From: Macrostomum lignano
Lineage: Eukaryota
Direction of reading: 5' to 3'
DNA length: 64,000 nt
NCBI GenBank assembly: GCA_002269645.1
Contig: NIVC01003866.1
Span: 9,052 to 73,051, forward strand
The notes under the pieces were generated by a model that saw only the letters and a list, made by a program, of their open reading frames with translations, was not told the DNA's origin and searched no databases. Of this stretch, positions 1 to 41,300 are shown in pieces (positions within the stretch are counted from its first letter, which is position 1; each line of letters starts with the position of its first letter). A program made the translations under genes and the position numbers.

Positions 1-2862
1 CTGTATTCGAGCAGGCCTTGCAGCTGAGGCAGGAGTTTACAAAGTTCTCGACGGAGGCCCGCATTGAGGGCCACCAGACCTTTGTCTGGAGGCGTGTCAA
101 TGTTTTCTGGACACCCAGGTGGCCTTGGTGCGCCAGCTGCAGGCAGCGGTAGCGCAGAAAGGCGGGAACGACGATTCGGTGCCCTTTGAGCAGGAGTCCG
201 TCGTGTTGTGAAAGCTCGTGCCGCAAGCCGTGCAGGCTGCGCGTGTCGTGGCTATCGAGTTGCCACCGATGGGACTGGAGCCTGGATACGGCGGCTTGGA
301 TCGTCTTGTCGCCTGCGGCGGCAACCTCCTTGATCGTGTCGAGGCTGATGCTGTTCGGCGCTGCTGCCTGTGCTGTCAATGCGATGTAGGCCGTGTCGAT
401 GTCCTCGCCCTCGTTGTTCGGCGGTGTTGGACGTGGCTGGCGGCTCAAGACATCTGCCGGGTTGTCTGCGCCCGGCTGGTAGGTGACTTCGAAGTGGAGA
501 TCCTGCAGCCGAAGTGCCATGCGCTCAATCCGCGGCGGGGGCCGTGAGCCGGGGCTGAGCAGGCTGACCAGCGGATTGTGGTCGTTGATGACCTTGAAAT
601 TTGGGCAGACGCTAAGGTAGTGGTGGAACTTGCAGCCGAATTTGACGACCAGCGCCTCCCTCTCTGTCTGCGAGTAGCGCTGCTCGGTGTCACTGAGGCT
701 GCGGCTGGCGTAGGCGATTGGCCTGGTGAGGCCGCCAGGTTGCACCTGGGCGAGGATCGCCCCGAGGCCGGTCGGACTAGCGACGACGATCAACCTGGTC
801 TCGCAGTTCTTGCTGAAAAAGGCAAGCGTGGTGCTGTGAGCGATCGACTGCTTGATTGACTGAAAGGCTGAGGCTTGCTGTGGACCCCACGACCATTTCA
901 CGTTCTTCTTGGTCAGCTCTCGAAGTGGCCTCGCTTTGTCGGCGAGGTTTGGGATGAAGCGGGCTACGAATGTGATGAGCCCGAGAAAGGACCGCACCTC
1001 CGTTGCATTTTCTGGTCGCTTGAAGTTGGCCACAGCCTCCAGATTTTCCTCAGTCGGTTGGATTCCGGCCGCCGAGAGGCGCATGGCCAGTCGGCCTGCT
1101 GGGTTGCAATGCAGCATTTGCGGGGGTTCAGAGTCACGTTGTGTTGACGCAGCCTGTCAAGGCAGTTGCGCAGCCTCTCGTTGTGCTCCTTTATGGTGCT
1201 GGCGAAGATAATGATGTCGTCGTGGACCCACCGCACGCCTCTTAAACCGCTCAGGATAGATGTCATGACGCGCTGTAGGATTTCGGATGCTGAGGTAAAT
1301 CCCATGCAAAGGCTCTTGAGGCGGAGCAGACCCAGAGGCGTTGAGAAAGTGAGCAGCTGCCAGGACTCCTTGCTGACCTCGATCTGGTGGAAGGCCTTGG
1401 CAACGTCTAGTTCGGAGAAATAGGTGGAGCCGGCCATCTCGTCGGTGACTTCTTCGAATGTCGGTATTAGCTGTTTTTCTGGGATGACGTACTTATTCAC
1501 GTCCCTCAGGTCCTGCGTGATGCGGATCTCGCCTGGCGAGGCCTTTGGAACGACCACCATGCGTGAACTCCAAGCGCTGGGCCCCGTCACTCGCTCCAGG
1601 ATGCCGGCTGCTAGCTGGTCCTTCAGCTCCTTTTCCACGGTGGTTCGAAGATGCACCGGAACTCGAGACGGAGGGTGGCAGACAGGCACTGCTTCTTCCT
1701 TCAGCTGGATGCTGACTGAGACGCCCTTGATGCAGCCGATTCCTTGAAACCTGTCGCTGAACTCCTTCATGATCGATGACAGTCGCAGGTCTTGCGGAAG
1801 GTGCTGGTCGTTGACTGTTAGTGTCAGTCCGGCGGTGAGAGCTGTCTCGGCCTGCGGTCCGACCCTCAGCATCCCAATCTGCGTGCTTGTTTCGCGACCT
1901 AGAATTGTGATGCAGTCTTCTCTGATGACGATGAAGCGCACTCTCTCCGAGTTGCCGTTGATCTTCGTGTGCAGAGTGATCTGGCCGGCGGGTGTCAGGG
2001 GCCTCGCTGCTCCTAGAGGATAGACCCTTGTGTGCGTGGGCTGAAGCGCCCTCTGGGGTGCTCCCGTTAGACGAAGGGTCCGCTGGCTGAGCACGTTGCA
2101 GCTCGCGCCACTGTCGATCAGGACGGGTACGTTCGAGCCGTTGATGACCGCTTTGAAGGTGCCGCTTTTGCGGCTGGGGTCGAGGCTGGAGAATACCGCC
2201 TCCGCCAGGTGCGCCACTGCTGGTTCCTCTGGCTCAGGCTCTGCCATGTTGATGCGTGCGCGGCCGCTTAGGCACGCCTTCGCCAGGTGGTGCAGCTTTC
2301 CGCAGTTGCTGCAGCGCTTGCCTTGGGCCCAGTTGCATGTGCAGTGGCCGGGCTCTCCACACCTCAGGCATTTGTCGGCCGGGCTGGCTGGCGGGCACCT
2401 GGCGGGGTGCTTGTCGCAAGCCGCATGCACTTCTTCAGCTGGTCCGGCTGCCGAGCGCTCCATGATTGCCGCTTGCTGGCTGGCTGCTTCGTTTGTTCTT
2501 GCCAGCTGTAGGGCCTCGGGGAGGCTGATGTTGGGCCCGTTGAGCAGCCGCTTTCTGAGGGATTCGCTGCGGCAGCAGGCGACGATCTGGTCGCGGATGA
2601 GGGACTAACACAGCTCGCAAAACTGGCAGGCCTCAGCCGCGTTGCACAGTCGGTTGTACCAGCTGTCGATGGCTTCCTCGTCCAGCTGCGTGCACTGGCG
2701 GAATTGGTACCGGATGAACACCACATTGTCGCGTCCTTGAAAGTGCTGAGTTAGCGCCGCCATGAGTGAGTCGAGCGCGTTTGCTGCTCCGGCTGTGACG
2801 GTGTGGGGGTCCGCACTGATGCTGAATGCGGATGGCGGCTGTAGCTGTATAGTAGCGCCATT
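1..2862 (-). pseudogene. Disrupted gag-pol polyprotein
   Basis: In-frame TAG in gag at 2605-2607; frameshift after QQADW near 1085 (the other frame continues MRLSAAGIQPTEENLEAVANFKRP); another frameshift near 180 (KG to RIVVPAF); RNase H DAS motif reads VAS. Largest open piece is ORF 964-2463. Confidence 0.88.
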
Positions 2863-2884
2863 GGGTTCTGGCTTGCGACGCCAA

Positions 2885-3109
2885 TGTAGCGAGCAACTCT
2901 GGCTGGTTATTGCGAGTGTTAGTTAGCCACTGAAAAAGGTGGAGAAATAGAATGTGGCTGTGCCTGTATATTTATTGTCTGGTAGAACACAGATTTCCGG
3001 TTCATTGAGTGCGCGTTGGGATGTGCTCGAGCAGAGGGAAGTGGATAGGCTGGGTGGGGGTCACAGAGTGCAAACTAGGTGCCCGAACTGCCTGTCTGCG
3101 CATGCTACA
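2885..3109 (-). repeat. Putative 5' LTR of the left element (225 bp)
   Basis: Ends form an inverted pair TGTAGC...GCTACA; contains AATAAA on the minus strand (plus tttatt near 2971-2976); followed after 1 nt by TGGCGTCGC. Partner LTR is outside the window. Confidence 0.7.
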
Positions 3110-6100
3110 TATATTATACATGCGAAATTAATTATACGGGATTTTTCTAAGTTGCTGTAAATGCGAAATGAATTGCATCCATGATAAATGATCCTGATCC
3201 TAAATATGCTCTATTGTTTTCTTATCATTCTCATTAAATAAATTTTCCAATGGTCGTTCATTTAATGGACGTAGGCAAGATTTTGTCTTCTCATTTTCAT
3301 AAGAATTGCTGTACAATTCTGTCTTCGATCTGGTTAAAAGAGCCTAATATCACAGAGAATACGGATCAATTTTATTCAGCAAGAATGGCGAAAGGTACAG
3401 CCTATAAGCTCATAAATTGAATGGATTAAAAACAATTTCTACAATGAGCTTAAAATCAACTACCACTCGCGATACATGTACTTAGGGTCATCCATTAATA
3501 TTGAACAGCAAAATATAACTGACTTGGAAAGACTATAATCAAGGAGTGACTGCTTCTGATAAATTTGAATCCGGTTAAAATCACTTTAAAAAAACGAGTC
3601 CATTATATCGTTTGTTGCCGCGGTATTTTTGCGTACTACTTTTTGAAACGCGATTCTAAGAAAACTGACTTCCAATTTTTGATGTGCGAGAAGTCAATTT
3701 CAACATGCGCGACACGCTTTGAATACTTATAGTTGATAATCAAAATATGAAATTATATATTTCAGATTCTAAAAATCATCGTTTTAAATTAGGCAGTTTC
3801 TTCTTTAATATAATAACGTTCGACTGAATCTAAAGTCAAGAAGAACAGGGTTTAAACTCACACATTTATATTTTATTAGTGAAACTATTTTGAGTATTGA
3901 CCTTTTTTAATTTCATTTCTTCTAAGGTTTTCGCTGAAAAATGTCATGTCATGACACATCAACTTTTGCATCCTGAATTTGGAGCCCAGATGCCAAATTG
4001 GCACCCATTCTCCAAACTGGATGCTAATACCATTTAATTTAAGTTTATTAAAGTTCCATATTTTTAGTTAGTTTTTTATTTGAAGCATTAATAATTTTAT
4101 ACTTTTTGGGATTCTTTGGATATAAAAAAAGTTATAGTAATTTTAAAAATTCATGCACTCTGTCAAAAATAGTTGATTAGACTAAGATATTTTATATAAA
4201 ATCATACTTTAATACTTTATTTAGTTTTGTAAAATTGTTTAGGCCTACTTAGCCCTACTAATGCTAATAGGGTCAGTGTGCAGTCATTTTTATGCTACAT
4301 TAATCTGCTAGCAGAAAAAAAATGTTTATAAAAATAAATTTAAAAAATTTAATATTTTGCTTAGACAAAATGTGTTGTATTGTAGGGTACTTTCTTTAAT
4401 AATAATATCCCTAATTACCAGCAGTTGTAGGGCTATTCTAATTCCTATTTTCTGGTTTCCTAAAGTGGCCACCAAAGTGGTTGCAGGGTTAAACTTCCCT
4501 CTATTAATTAATGTACTTTTGTATCAATGTACTTATAATTTTTGGTAGCGTGACTACTTCTCTATCTACTTCTATATTGGTAGCGTCTACTTATCTTATT
4601 GGTAGCATTTGTATATTCACTATATTCTTTGGCCTGAGCAGTCTAATGGCATTATCTATTCCTACTATCTTCCAGTCCTGGGCGTTCTTGGGATTAGTGT
4701 CACAGCCTTATGCATTTTCCTTGCCTTGAGGCAATTTTCCTGCCCTGAGGCAATCTTACTACTCTATAGTGCTTTCTTGCCCTGAGGCAATTCTCACTCT
4801 TAGCAGTTTCTGATACTCCCAATAAGGGGCTTAATACTCTAGAAAATGAGTAAAGCTTTTGAATACTGCAATATAGCAATTTAATATAGGAACAAATATA
4901 TTCAGAGCAAGTTATTTAGCTTGCAGAACTATAACACGAAGGAAACAAGTTAACACAATTTATTTTTCTTGGCCTCTTCTAGGCTCCTATTTATACTACG
5001 ATTTCTTATTGTTTCAAACTAATAATAATTGCAAAAAATATTTTTATAACTCATAACATTTAAACAAAGGATAAAATATTTATTTTAGTGCAGATTCAAA
5101 ATAGTTTTCTAAGAAACAAAAAATGAGTAAACTATTAGAACTATTATATAGTATTATACTATTATTAACGCACCATCTCAAATGATTTAATTAATATCAT
5201 TTTTGTAGACAAACAAAAGAGTGGCAACTGTATTGCAAATAAACAAAATGATTATCAATGCCATTTTCCCATTTTTGTAGTTATTATTTTGGTATCTTGA
5301 ATTTTTATCAAGGATGTATTCTGATCCTTTAATTGCACCTCTTTAAAATTCTAAATGTTATAGAATTAAAATCTTAGGTTAAAAGTAAAACCAAAGTTTA
5401 GAAATAAATTATGTCATCTTATATTTTTTATTTATAACTTGAACTTAATAATTTAATTGGAAAATGGTTCTTGTAATAATAATCAAAATAGCATTTTATT
5501 GTACTTAATTATTAATTTGATTAAATACTTTTAATTAAGTACTTTAATTGTACATTATTATAATTAATAATTATATTATTTTTGTATCAAGTAACCAGCA
5601 AAATTTTACATAATTATTAAATGGCATAGGGAAAATCATATTTCTATTATTTTGTTTATAGAATGTAAATATTTTTTTGTATTCAAAAAGAATTAATTAC
5701 TTTTTTCTAATTTGTTAATATTATTTTATCTTGCAATCCCCTACCATTGTCCCTATGACAGTTGGGGCTTTTGCTATATAATCCCTAGTAAAAATGGTAA
5801 CAATCTTTAAAATTAAGTTAGATCATTGAGGAAGGCCTATACTAGATTTGACTTACATCTTTACAATTGGAGCCCATATATTCATTTTTCATTCTGTGAT
5901 CATTTAAATGGGGAGGTTATATGAAAATGATTGTAGGATTGTAGGACAAAAGTGAGATATCTATTTAGGTCATTAATTATATCAATAGTCAAATTATAAT
6001 TTAAGGGATCATAGCATGAAAATAGAAAAAATTGAACATAGTAAACTGAAACATGCAGAAAAACAAACAAAACAGAAAGCAGGTATTAGATTTGAGCTAA

Positions 6101-6719
6101 TATCTTTACACATGAAGCCTAAACAGGTATATTCACTAATCACTTTCATTCTGCAATCATTTAATTGGGGAGATTGTATGAAAATGATTGTACAAGCGTG
6201 GGACAAAAGTGAGGAAGATGTCTATTTCATTTTATGATCTCCTCAATGGAAAAACTATGTAGAGGAGATCATAGTGCAATTTAGGTAAATAGAATTAAGT
6301 GTAGTTTGCAAACTAACAAATGTCATTCAGTCATTCCAGAGAAATAGAGTCCCAAGCAACATCAAAGCATTGAAACTGAATATATAGGCTATGTTCATGT
6401 TCGTTGTTCTAGCTTGTTTTTTGTTTGTTTGTTAAATCTAAAATAGAAATTTACTATATTATTTAAATTTTTCTTTCTGTGTTACTCTGTCACAAATTTC
6501 TACTAGATCAAATATGGGTGCAGCATATTCCATTGGATCTCCAGTAGGCGTTCTTTGCAACCGTGTGAATGTATGGCAAAATCTACAGGGTATAGACTTG
6601 GTAGTAAGCAAGAACTTCTTATTTGTTGTCTTTGTTGATCAGGCTGCTGTTATGCTTTCATGCTACAGCTAGCACAGCGGCAGCAGCCACCAGCGCCGCC
6701 CTGACGGAATCGCAGCGCG

Positions 6720-27022
<20,303 letters not shown>

Positions 27023-27718
27023 AGTATTTGGACGATGCTTTGCGTTATTGTAGAGGCTGATTTTTATCTTAGCTGTTTGCGGTGCAGCGCTTCCCTAAGT
27101 TTGCTTGTAGAATTTGAATAGCAACCTGTGCCATTTTGCTGACAATCTGTCTATCTAATTATTGCTTCTAAAAGCAAAAGCAACATCGCGTCTTCCCGAG
27201 GTGTTAAGAAAGTATTGCAGTGCCCTATGGTATTCTATTGTCACCCTATAAACTTCCCATTGCGAATTGCAATTAACCGCCGCAACGTTTTGTTTAACCT
27301 GTCCTAATCCTCTTGGAATTATCTGACAACAGACAATGGGAGCTCGCTTTTATCGCTTATTATATTTATTATTCTCCAATGCTTAAACTTTTGTCAACTC
27401 TCAGCTTCCGCTGTTTTTTCGGCTTTTGTCTCCGCCCATGCATACGAAGTTGTAATTGCATTAGCCAGCATGTTCAGCATGTTTAAATAAACTCCCCAGT
27501 ATTTTCACTGTGCGTCTTGTCAATGCTTTGTTATTTCGCTATTTCTGAGCTTTGAATTTGTCGACGCAGCGATAGGCAGCTACACTACTGAAAGTAGTTG
27601 ATTATATGAGCGCCTATCGCATTTCAGCTTGATGTCGCTTTAGCGCCAGTGTCGCACAGACACTAACAAAAATAGTTTTTGCGCGCAATTTTTTCGGGCG
27701 GCAAACATCAAACAAGAC

Positions 27719-34369
<6,651 letters not shown>

Positions 34370-34845
34370 CTCCCAGATCCCCAATCCACTCTCCCAGATC
34401 CTCAGTCTACTCTCTCCCAGATCCCCCAATCCGCTCTACCAGATCCTCAGTCTACTCTCTCCCAGATCCCCCATCCGCTCTCCCAGATCCTCAAGCTACT
34501 CTACCAGATCCTCAGTCTACTCTCTCCCAGATCTTCAGTCTACTCTCTCCCAGATCCTCAGTTTACTCTCCCAAATCCCCAGTCTACTCTCTCCCAGATC
34601 CTCAGTTTACTCTCTCAGATCCTCAGTCTACTCTCTCCCAGATCCTCAGTCTACTCTCTCCCAGATCCTCAGTCTACTCTCTCCCAGATCCCCAGTCTAC
34701 TCTCTCTTAGATCCTCAGTCTACTCTCTCCCAGATCCTCAGTCTACTCTCTCCCAGATCCTCAGTCTACTCTCTCCCAGATCCTCAGTCTACTCTCCCAG
34801 ATCCTCAGTCTACTCTCCCAGATCCTCAGTCTACTCTTCCAGATC
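34370..34845. repeat. 23-bp minisatellite directly after the FAN1 stop codon
   Basis: Unit tctactctctcccagatcctcag. Confidence 0.93.
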
Positions 34846-35757
34846 CTTCGACCCGTCGCCTAATTTTCGAGAAGTTGCTTCGAGTTTATATATCAAATAA
34901 ATATCAAACTTTGGCAGGTACGCGTATTTCTTCTGGTAGCAGCAAAAACTTTGAGTTTAAACTGTTTCTATACCGGTTAGTCATAAATTATCTTATTGTA
35001 TTTTTTTTAAATTGGCGGAGCATTTGTTTGTAGTAATTAGTATTCTAATTATGGCCTACACTGAATTAACCTTTGTTCAGTTCATCCTATGCTCTCTCAT
35101 TGCTGTTTGTTTTCTTTGCTTGAAGGCCAACTGATGCGCTTTATTTATTAACAAAGACCGTGCATTGATAGCAATAAAGCCTGTTGCTATGCGGGCTGTT
35201 GCTTTGACCTATTTTGTCTATTCCAAAGCCTGTGTTATATTGCCTTGACTTCTACTTCCATCCAGCAAAGTTTAGGAAAAAAAGCCTTAGTAGAACGGCC
35301 CAAGGATACTATATGATAGCAGTATTGGCAAAGAAGTTTCCTAGGTTAGCTCTTCAACGTTTCTTAGAAAATGTTAAGTTTTAAGGAGATAGGAAGTTTT
35401 CATTTTTTCAACACGAAAACTGTGTTGAAATCTATGCTGAAATCTGTGCTGAAACCTACCTCCGTAGTGTATTTGTTCAAAAAAGCTGCCTTCTAAAATT
35501 TTCTAAGACACGTTGTTTCCCGTCCATCTACTTTAGTAGTCCTTGTAGTTCTTAAAGAAAATCTAAATCTCTGTTATAAAATGCGCATAAGCTACTAGAC
35601 AAAAAGAGTAGTGTAAAAGGGTAGTGTATGACTGGGTCAAGGGTGACCGTATTTTGGGGCCCCAAAGCTCTCTGTAGCTGTTTCCTGCTGCCGACCTCTC
35701 TAGAGCATCTTCCGCTCGCTTACAGACACTCCGTCGCGACACGACTGTCGGCACGTC

Positions 35758-36510
35758 ATGACGTCGGCTTCGACTACGCCGCCGCCGCCGCCGCCGCGAT
35801 CATCGAGCGCCGCCGACTGGAAGCCGCGCGATCTCCGCCTGCTGACCGAGATGGTCCTGCGGCCGCTCAGGGCTGCCGAGGATCTGCAGAACCAGCAGCA
35901 GCGGCGCTCCGAGCCCAGCCGCCCGCCGCCTCCGCCTTCGCAGTCGCCGCCTCGGCAGTCGCTGCCGTCTCAATCGCCGCCTCCGTCGCCTTCTTCGCCT
36001 CCGTCGCCTTCTTCGCCTTCTCGCCCGTCGGCCGCCATTGAAATTGTCAACGGCGCCGCCGCTTGCTGCGACAAGTCCGTGCAGGCGAACTGCCCGACCC
36101 CGCTGCCGCCGGCCTCCGAGGCCGCCGCCGCCACCACGTGGCTCGTCCCGCTTGACCAGCGGGTGCCGGACCGCTTTCTGTCCGCCCCCAGCGCCGCCCG
36201 GGGCTTGCCGCGCCTCATGCTGGCGGACCCGTCGGCTGCTGCCGCTGCGGCCGCCCTGCCCTCTCCGCTGCCTGCGTCGCCGCCGCCGCACCCCCGGTCG
36301 CAGCTGCAGCAGCTGCTGTCCTCCTCGTCCTCGTCTGGCGCGTCGCTCGCCTCGGCTGCCGGTGTTACCGATTGGAGAGGCCGCAGCCCGCTGCTGATTG
36401 GTGGGTTCGTGCCCGGCGGCTTTGGCGGACTGGCGCCGCAGCACCGCAGCTTGCCGGAAAGATTCCTGACCAGCGGCGGCCGGCCCAACGGTGCGGCCCG
36501 GCGGCAGTGA
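35758..36510 (+). CDS. Hypothetical Pro/Ser/Ala-rich protein, possibly the first exon of a spliced gene
   Basis: 750-bp GC-rich ORF with the same GC3-rich codon style as neighbouring exons; the apparent stop lies inside ca|GTGAGT at 36507, a consensus donor. No family recognised. Confidence 0.6.
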   Translation: MTSASTTPPPPPPRSSSAADWKPRDLRLLTEMVLRPLRAAEDLQNQQQRRSEPSRPPPPPSQSPPRQSLPSQSPPPSPSSPPSPSSPSRPSAAIEIVNGAAACCDKSVQANCPTPLPPASEAAAATTWLVPLDQRVPDRFLSAPSAARGLPRLMLADPSAAAAAAALPSPLPASPPPHPRSQLQQLLSSSSSSGASLASAAGVTDWRGRSPLLIGGFVPGGFGGLAPQHRSLPERFLTSGGRPNGAARRQ

Positions 36511-36624
36511 GTGGCCCGGTCTGCTCGCGTCATGGGCGCTGGCTGTTGCGACTCAACTGATTAGCAGTTTATTTAGGATGCCCGTTCAGGTGTAACAGGT
36601 GTACCATCCAAATCACTATCTCGA

Positions 36625-37920
36625 TTCACCAACCCCAAAACACCAACCCAAAACACCCACCCAAAACACCCACCCCAAAATACTCACCCCAAAACACTCA
36701 CACCAAAACTCTCACCCCAAAGCACTCACCCCAAAACTCTCACCCCAAAGCACTCACCCCAAAACTCTCACCCCAAAGCACTCACCCCAAAACACTCACC
36801 CTAAAACACTCACCCCAAAACTCTCACCCCAAAGCACTCACCCTAAAACACTCACCCCAAAACTCTCACCCCAAAGCACTCACCCCAAAGCACTCACCCC
36901 AAAACACTCACCCTAAAACACACCCTAAAACACTCACCCCAAAACTCTCACCCCAAAACTCTCACCCCAAAGCACTCACCCCAAAACACTCACCCTAAAA
37001 TACTCACCCTAAAACACTCACCCCAAAACTCTTACCCCAAAGCACTCACCCCAAAACACTCACCCCAAAACACCCACCCCAAAACACCCATCCCAAAACA
37101 CTCACCCCAAAATACTCACCCCAAAACACCCACCCTAAAACTCTCACCCCAAAACACCCATCCCAAAAGACCCACCCCAAAACACCCACCCCAAAACACC
37201 CACCCAAAACACCCATCCCAAAACATCCCAAATACCCAAAACACCAACCCCAAAACACCCACCCCAAAACACCCACCCCAAAACACCCACCCCAAAACAC
37301 CCACCCAAAACACCCACCCCAAAACACCCATCCCAAAACACCAACCCAAAACACCAACACCCCCCAAAACACCCACCCCAAAACACCCACCCCAAAACAC
37401 CCACCCCAAAACACCAACCCCAAAACACTCACCCCAAAACACCCACCCCAAAACACCCATCCCAAAACACTCACCCCAAAATACTCACCCCAAAACACCC
37501 ACCCTAAAACTCTCACCCCAAAACACCCATCCCAAAAGACCCACCCCAAAACACCCACCCCAAAACACCCACCCCAAAACACCCATCCCAAAACACCCAT
37601 CCCAAATACCCACCCCAAAACACCAACCCCAAAACACCCACCCCAAAACACCCACCCCAAAACACCCACCCCAAAACACCCACCCCAAAACACCCACCCC
37701 AAAACACCCACCCCAAAACACCAACCCCAAAACACCAACCCCAAAACACCCACCCCAAAACACCCACCCCAAAACACCCACCCCAAAACACCAACCCCAA
37801 AACACCAACCCCAAAACACCCACCCCAAAACACCAACCCCAAAACACCAACCCCAAAACACCCACCCCAAAACACTCACCCGAAAACTCTTACCCAAAAA
37901 TACCCACCCCAAAACACCAC
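36625..37920. repeat. 13-bp C/A-rich minisatellite
   Basis: Unit caccccaaaacac, about 1.3 kb. Confidence 0.96.
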
Positions 37921-38329
37921 CTAAAATCGAGAGACCCTTATCTCTTTCTATGCATATCGAATTCAATCAACAATCGTCTTCCCTTGTTGAATTTAATGCT
38001 GCAATTTTTCTCGATGCCAAACTTTGTGTAATTTTAACGAGGCCGATGTAACAGAAAAAATTGCTTGCTTTCTGTCTTCCCCTGAGCTTACTGCACTTTT
38101 TATACGGTCGCCACAATCAGTTCAATTATTAACTCAAATCTGTCTATCTACAAATATATTGCTAATTCTAGATTGATGTTTTATACCCATATTTTTATCA
38201 ACGCGATAAATTTGATGCCTTATGCAAACAGAGCAACAATGGCTGGTCTCTTGTGCCTCTGTTCCCTTCTTGATGGCTGCTGGCATTTCTCTTGCACGCA
38301 TTTGGTCTACTTCTCCACCTGCATGTACC

Positions 38330-41300
38330 TGTACCTGTCTATCCATCTACCTGCACACCCACTCACCTGTCTATCCATCTACCTGCACACCCACTCACCT
38401 GTCCATCCATCTACCTGCACACCCACTCACCTGTCCATCCATCTACCTGCACACCCACTCACCTGTCTATCCATCTACCTGCACACCCACTCACCTGTCT
38501 ATCCATCTACCTGCACACCCACTCACCTGTCTATCCATCTACCTGCACACCCATTCACCTGTCTATCCATCTACCTGCACACCCATTCACCTGTCCATCC
38601 ATCTACCTGCACACCCAGCCACCTGTCTATCCATCTACCTGCACACCCATTCACCTGTCTATCCATCTACCTGCACACCCATTCACCTGTCCATCCATCT
38701 ACCTGCACACCCATTCACCTGTCCATCCATCTACCTGCACACCCACTCACCTGTCCATCCATCTACCTGCACACCCACTCACCTGTCCATCCATCTACCT
38801 GCACACCCACTCACCTGTCCATCCATCTACCTGCACACCCACTCACCTGTCCATCCATCTACCTGCACACCCATTCACCTGTCCATCCATCTACCTGCAC
38901 ACCCACTCACCTGTCCATCCATCTACCTGCACACCCATTCACCTGTCCATCCATCTACCTGCACACCCAGCCACCTGTCTATCCATCTACCTGCACACCC
39001 ATTCACCTGTCTATCCATCTAACTGCACACCCATTCACCTGTCTATCCATCTACCTGCACACCCATTCACCTGTCTATCCATCTACCTGCACACCCACTC
39101 ACCTGTCTATCCATCTACCTGCACACCCAGCCACCTGTCTATCCATCTACCTGCACACCCACTCACCTGTCTATCCATCTACCTGCACACCCATTCACCT
39201 GTCTATCCATCTAACTGCACACCCACTCACCTGTCTATCCATCTACCTGCACACCCATTCACCTGTCTATCCATCTACCTGCACACCCATTCACCTGTCT
39301 ATCCATCTACCTGCACACCCATTCACCTGTCTATCCATCTACCTGAACACTCAGCCACCTGTCTATCCATCTACCTGCACACCCAGCCACCTGTCTATCC
39401 ATCTACCTGCACACCTATTCACCTGTCTATCCATCTAACTGCACACCCATTCACCTGTCTATCCATCTACCTGCACACCCACTCACCTGTCTATCCATCT
39501 ACCTGCACACCCAGCCACCTGTCTATCCATCTACCTGCACACCCACTCACCTGTCTATCCATCTACCTGCACACCCATTCACCTGTCTATCCATCTAACT
39601 GCACACCCACTCACCTGTCTATCCATCTACCTGCACACCCATTCACCTGTCTATCCATCTACCTGCACACCACCCACTCACCTGTCTATCCATCTACCTG
39701 CACACCCATTCACCTGTCTATCCATCTACCTGCACACCCACTCACCTGTCTATCCATCTACCTGCACACCCACTCACCTGTCTATCCATCTAACTGCACA
39801 CCCACTCACCTGTCTATCCATCTACCTGCACACCCACTCACCTGTCTATCCATCTACCTGCACACCCATTCACCTGTCTATCCATCTACCTGCACACCCA
39901 CTCACCTGTCTATCCATCTACCTGCACACCCACTCACCTGTCTATCCATCTACCTGCACACCCATTCACCTGTCTATCCATCTAACTGCACACCCACTCA
40001 CCTGTCTATCCATCTACCTGCACACCCATTCACCTGTCTATCCATCTACCTGCACACCCATTCACCTGTCTATCTATCTACCTGAACACTCAGCCACCTG
40101 TCTATCCACCCACCTGAACACTCAGCCACCTGTCTATCCATCTACCTGCACACCCATTCACCTGTCTATCCATCTACCTGCACACCCACTCACCTGTCTA
40201 TCCATCTACCTGCACACCCACTCACCTGTCTATCCATCTAACTGCACACCCACTCACCTGTCTATCCATCTACCTGAACACTCAGCCACCTGTCTATCCA
40301 CCCACCTGAACACTCAGCCACCTGTCTATCCATCTACCTGCACACCCATTCACCTGTCTATCCATCTACCTGAACACTCAGCCACCTGTCTATCCACCCA
40401 CCTGAACACTCAGCCACCTGTCTATCCATCTACCTGCACACCCATTCACCTGTCTATCCATCTACCTGCACACCCACTCACCTGTCTATCCATCTACCTG
40501 CACACCCATTCACCTGTCTATCCATCTACCTGCACACCCATTCACCTGTCTATCCATCTACCTGCACACCCATTCACCTGTCTATCCATCTACCTGCACA
40601 CCCATTCACCTGTCTATCCATCTACCTGCACACCCACTCACCTGTCTATCCATCTACCTGCACACCCATTCACCTGTCTATCCATCTACCTGAACACTCA
40701 GCCACCTGTCTATCCACCCACCTGAACACTCAGCCACCTGTCTATCCATCTACCTGCACACCCATTCACCTGTCTATCCATCTACCTGCACACCCACTCA
40801 CCTGTCTATCCATCTACCTGCACACCCACTCACCTGTCTATCCATCTACCTGCACACCCATTCACCTGTCTATCCATCTACCTGCACACCCATTCACCTG
40901 TCTATCCATCTACCTGCACACCCATTCACCTGTCTATCCATCTACCTGCACACCCATTCACCTGTCTATCCATCTAACTGCACACCCATTCACCTGTCTA
41001 TCCATCTACCTGCACACCCATTCACCTGTCTATCCATCTACCTGCACACCCACTCACCTGTCTATCCATCTACCTGCACACCCACTCACCTGTCTATCCA
41101 TCTAACTGCACACCCACTCACCTGTCTATCCATCTACCTGCACACCCATTCACCTGTCTATCCATCTACCTGCACACCCATTCACCTGTCTATCCATCTA
41201 CCTGCACACCCACTCACCTGTCTATCCATCTACCTGCACACCCACTCACCTGTCTATCCATCTACCTGCACACCCACTCACCTGTCTATCCATCTACCTG

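Larger units (their letters stand above)
1..3109 (-). mobile_element. Decayed Ty3/Gypsy LTR retrotransposon, 3' part outside the window
   Basis: Minus strand order gag (RDQIVACCRSESLRKRLL, zinc knuckles CLRCGEPGHCTC and CSNCGKLHHLAKAC), protease (LIDSGASC), RT (WVHDDIII), RNase H (RPIAYASRSLSDTEQRYSQTEREAL) and integrase zinc finger (HLGVQKT...WWPSM...CLSC at 1-125). Putative 5' LTR 2885-3109 followed by a TGG-starting PBS-like tract. Confidence 0.93.

Noticed and set aside
3110-6600. Short ORFs at 4357, 4511, 6009 and 6016, and a degenerate 70-bp duplication (about 5900 and 6160)
   Set aside because: AT-rich, no recognisable domain; probably old repeat debris that I cannot classify.
38173-40085. 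Long ORFs of 266-597 aa (HLSIHLPAHP repeats)
   Set aside because: Translations of the 32-bp satellite, open in several frames, with no unique sequence.
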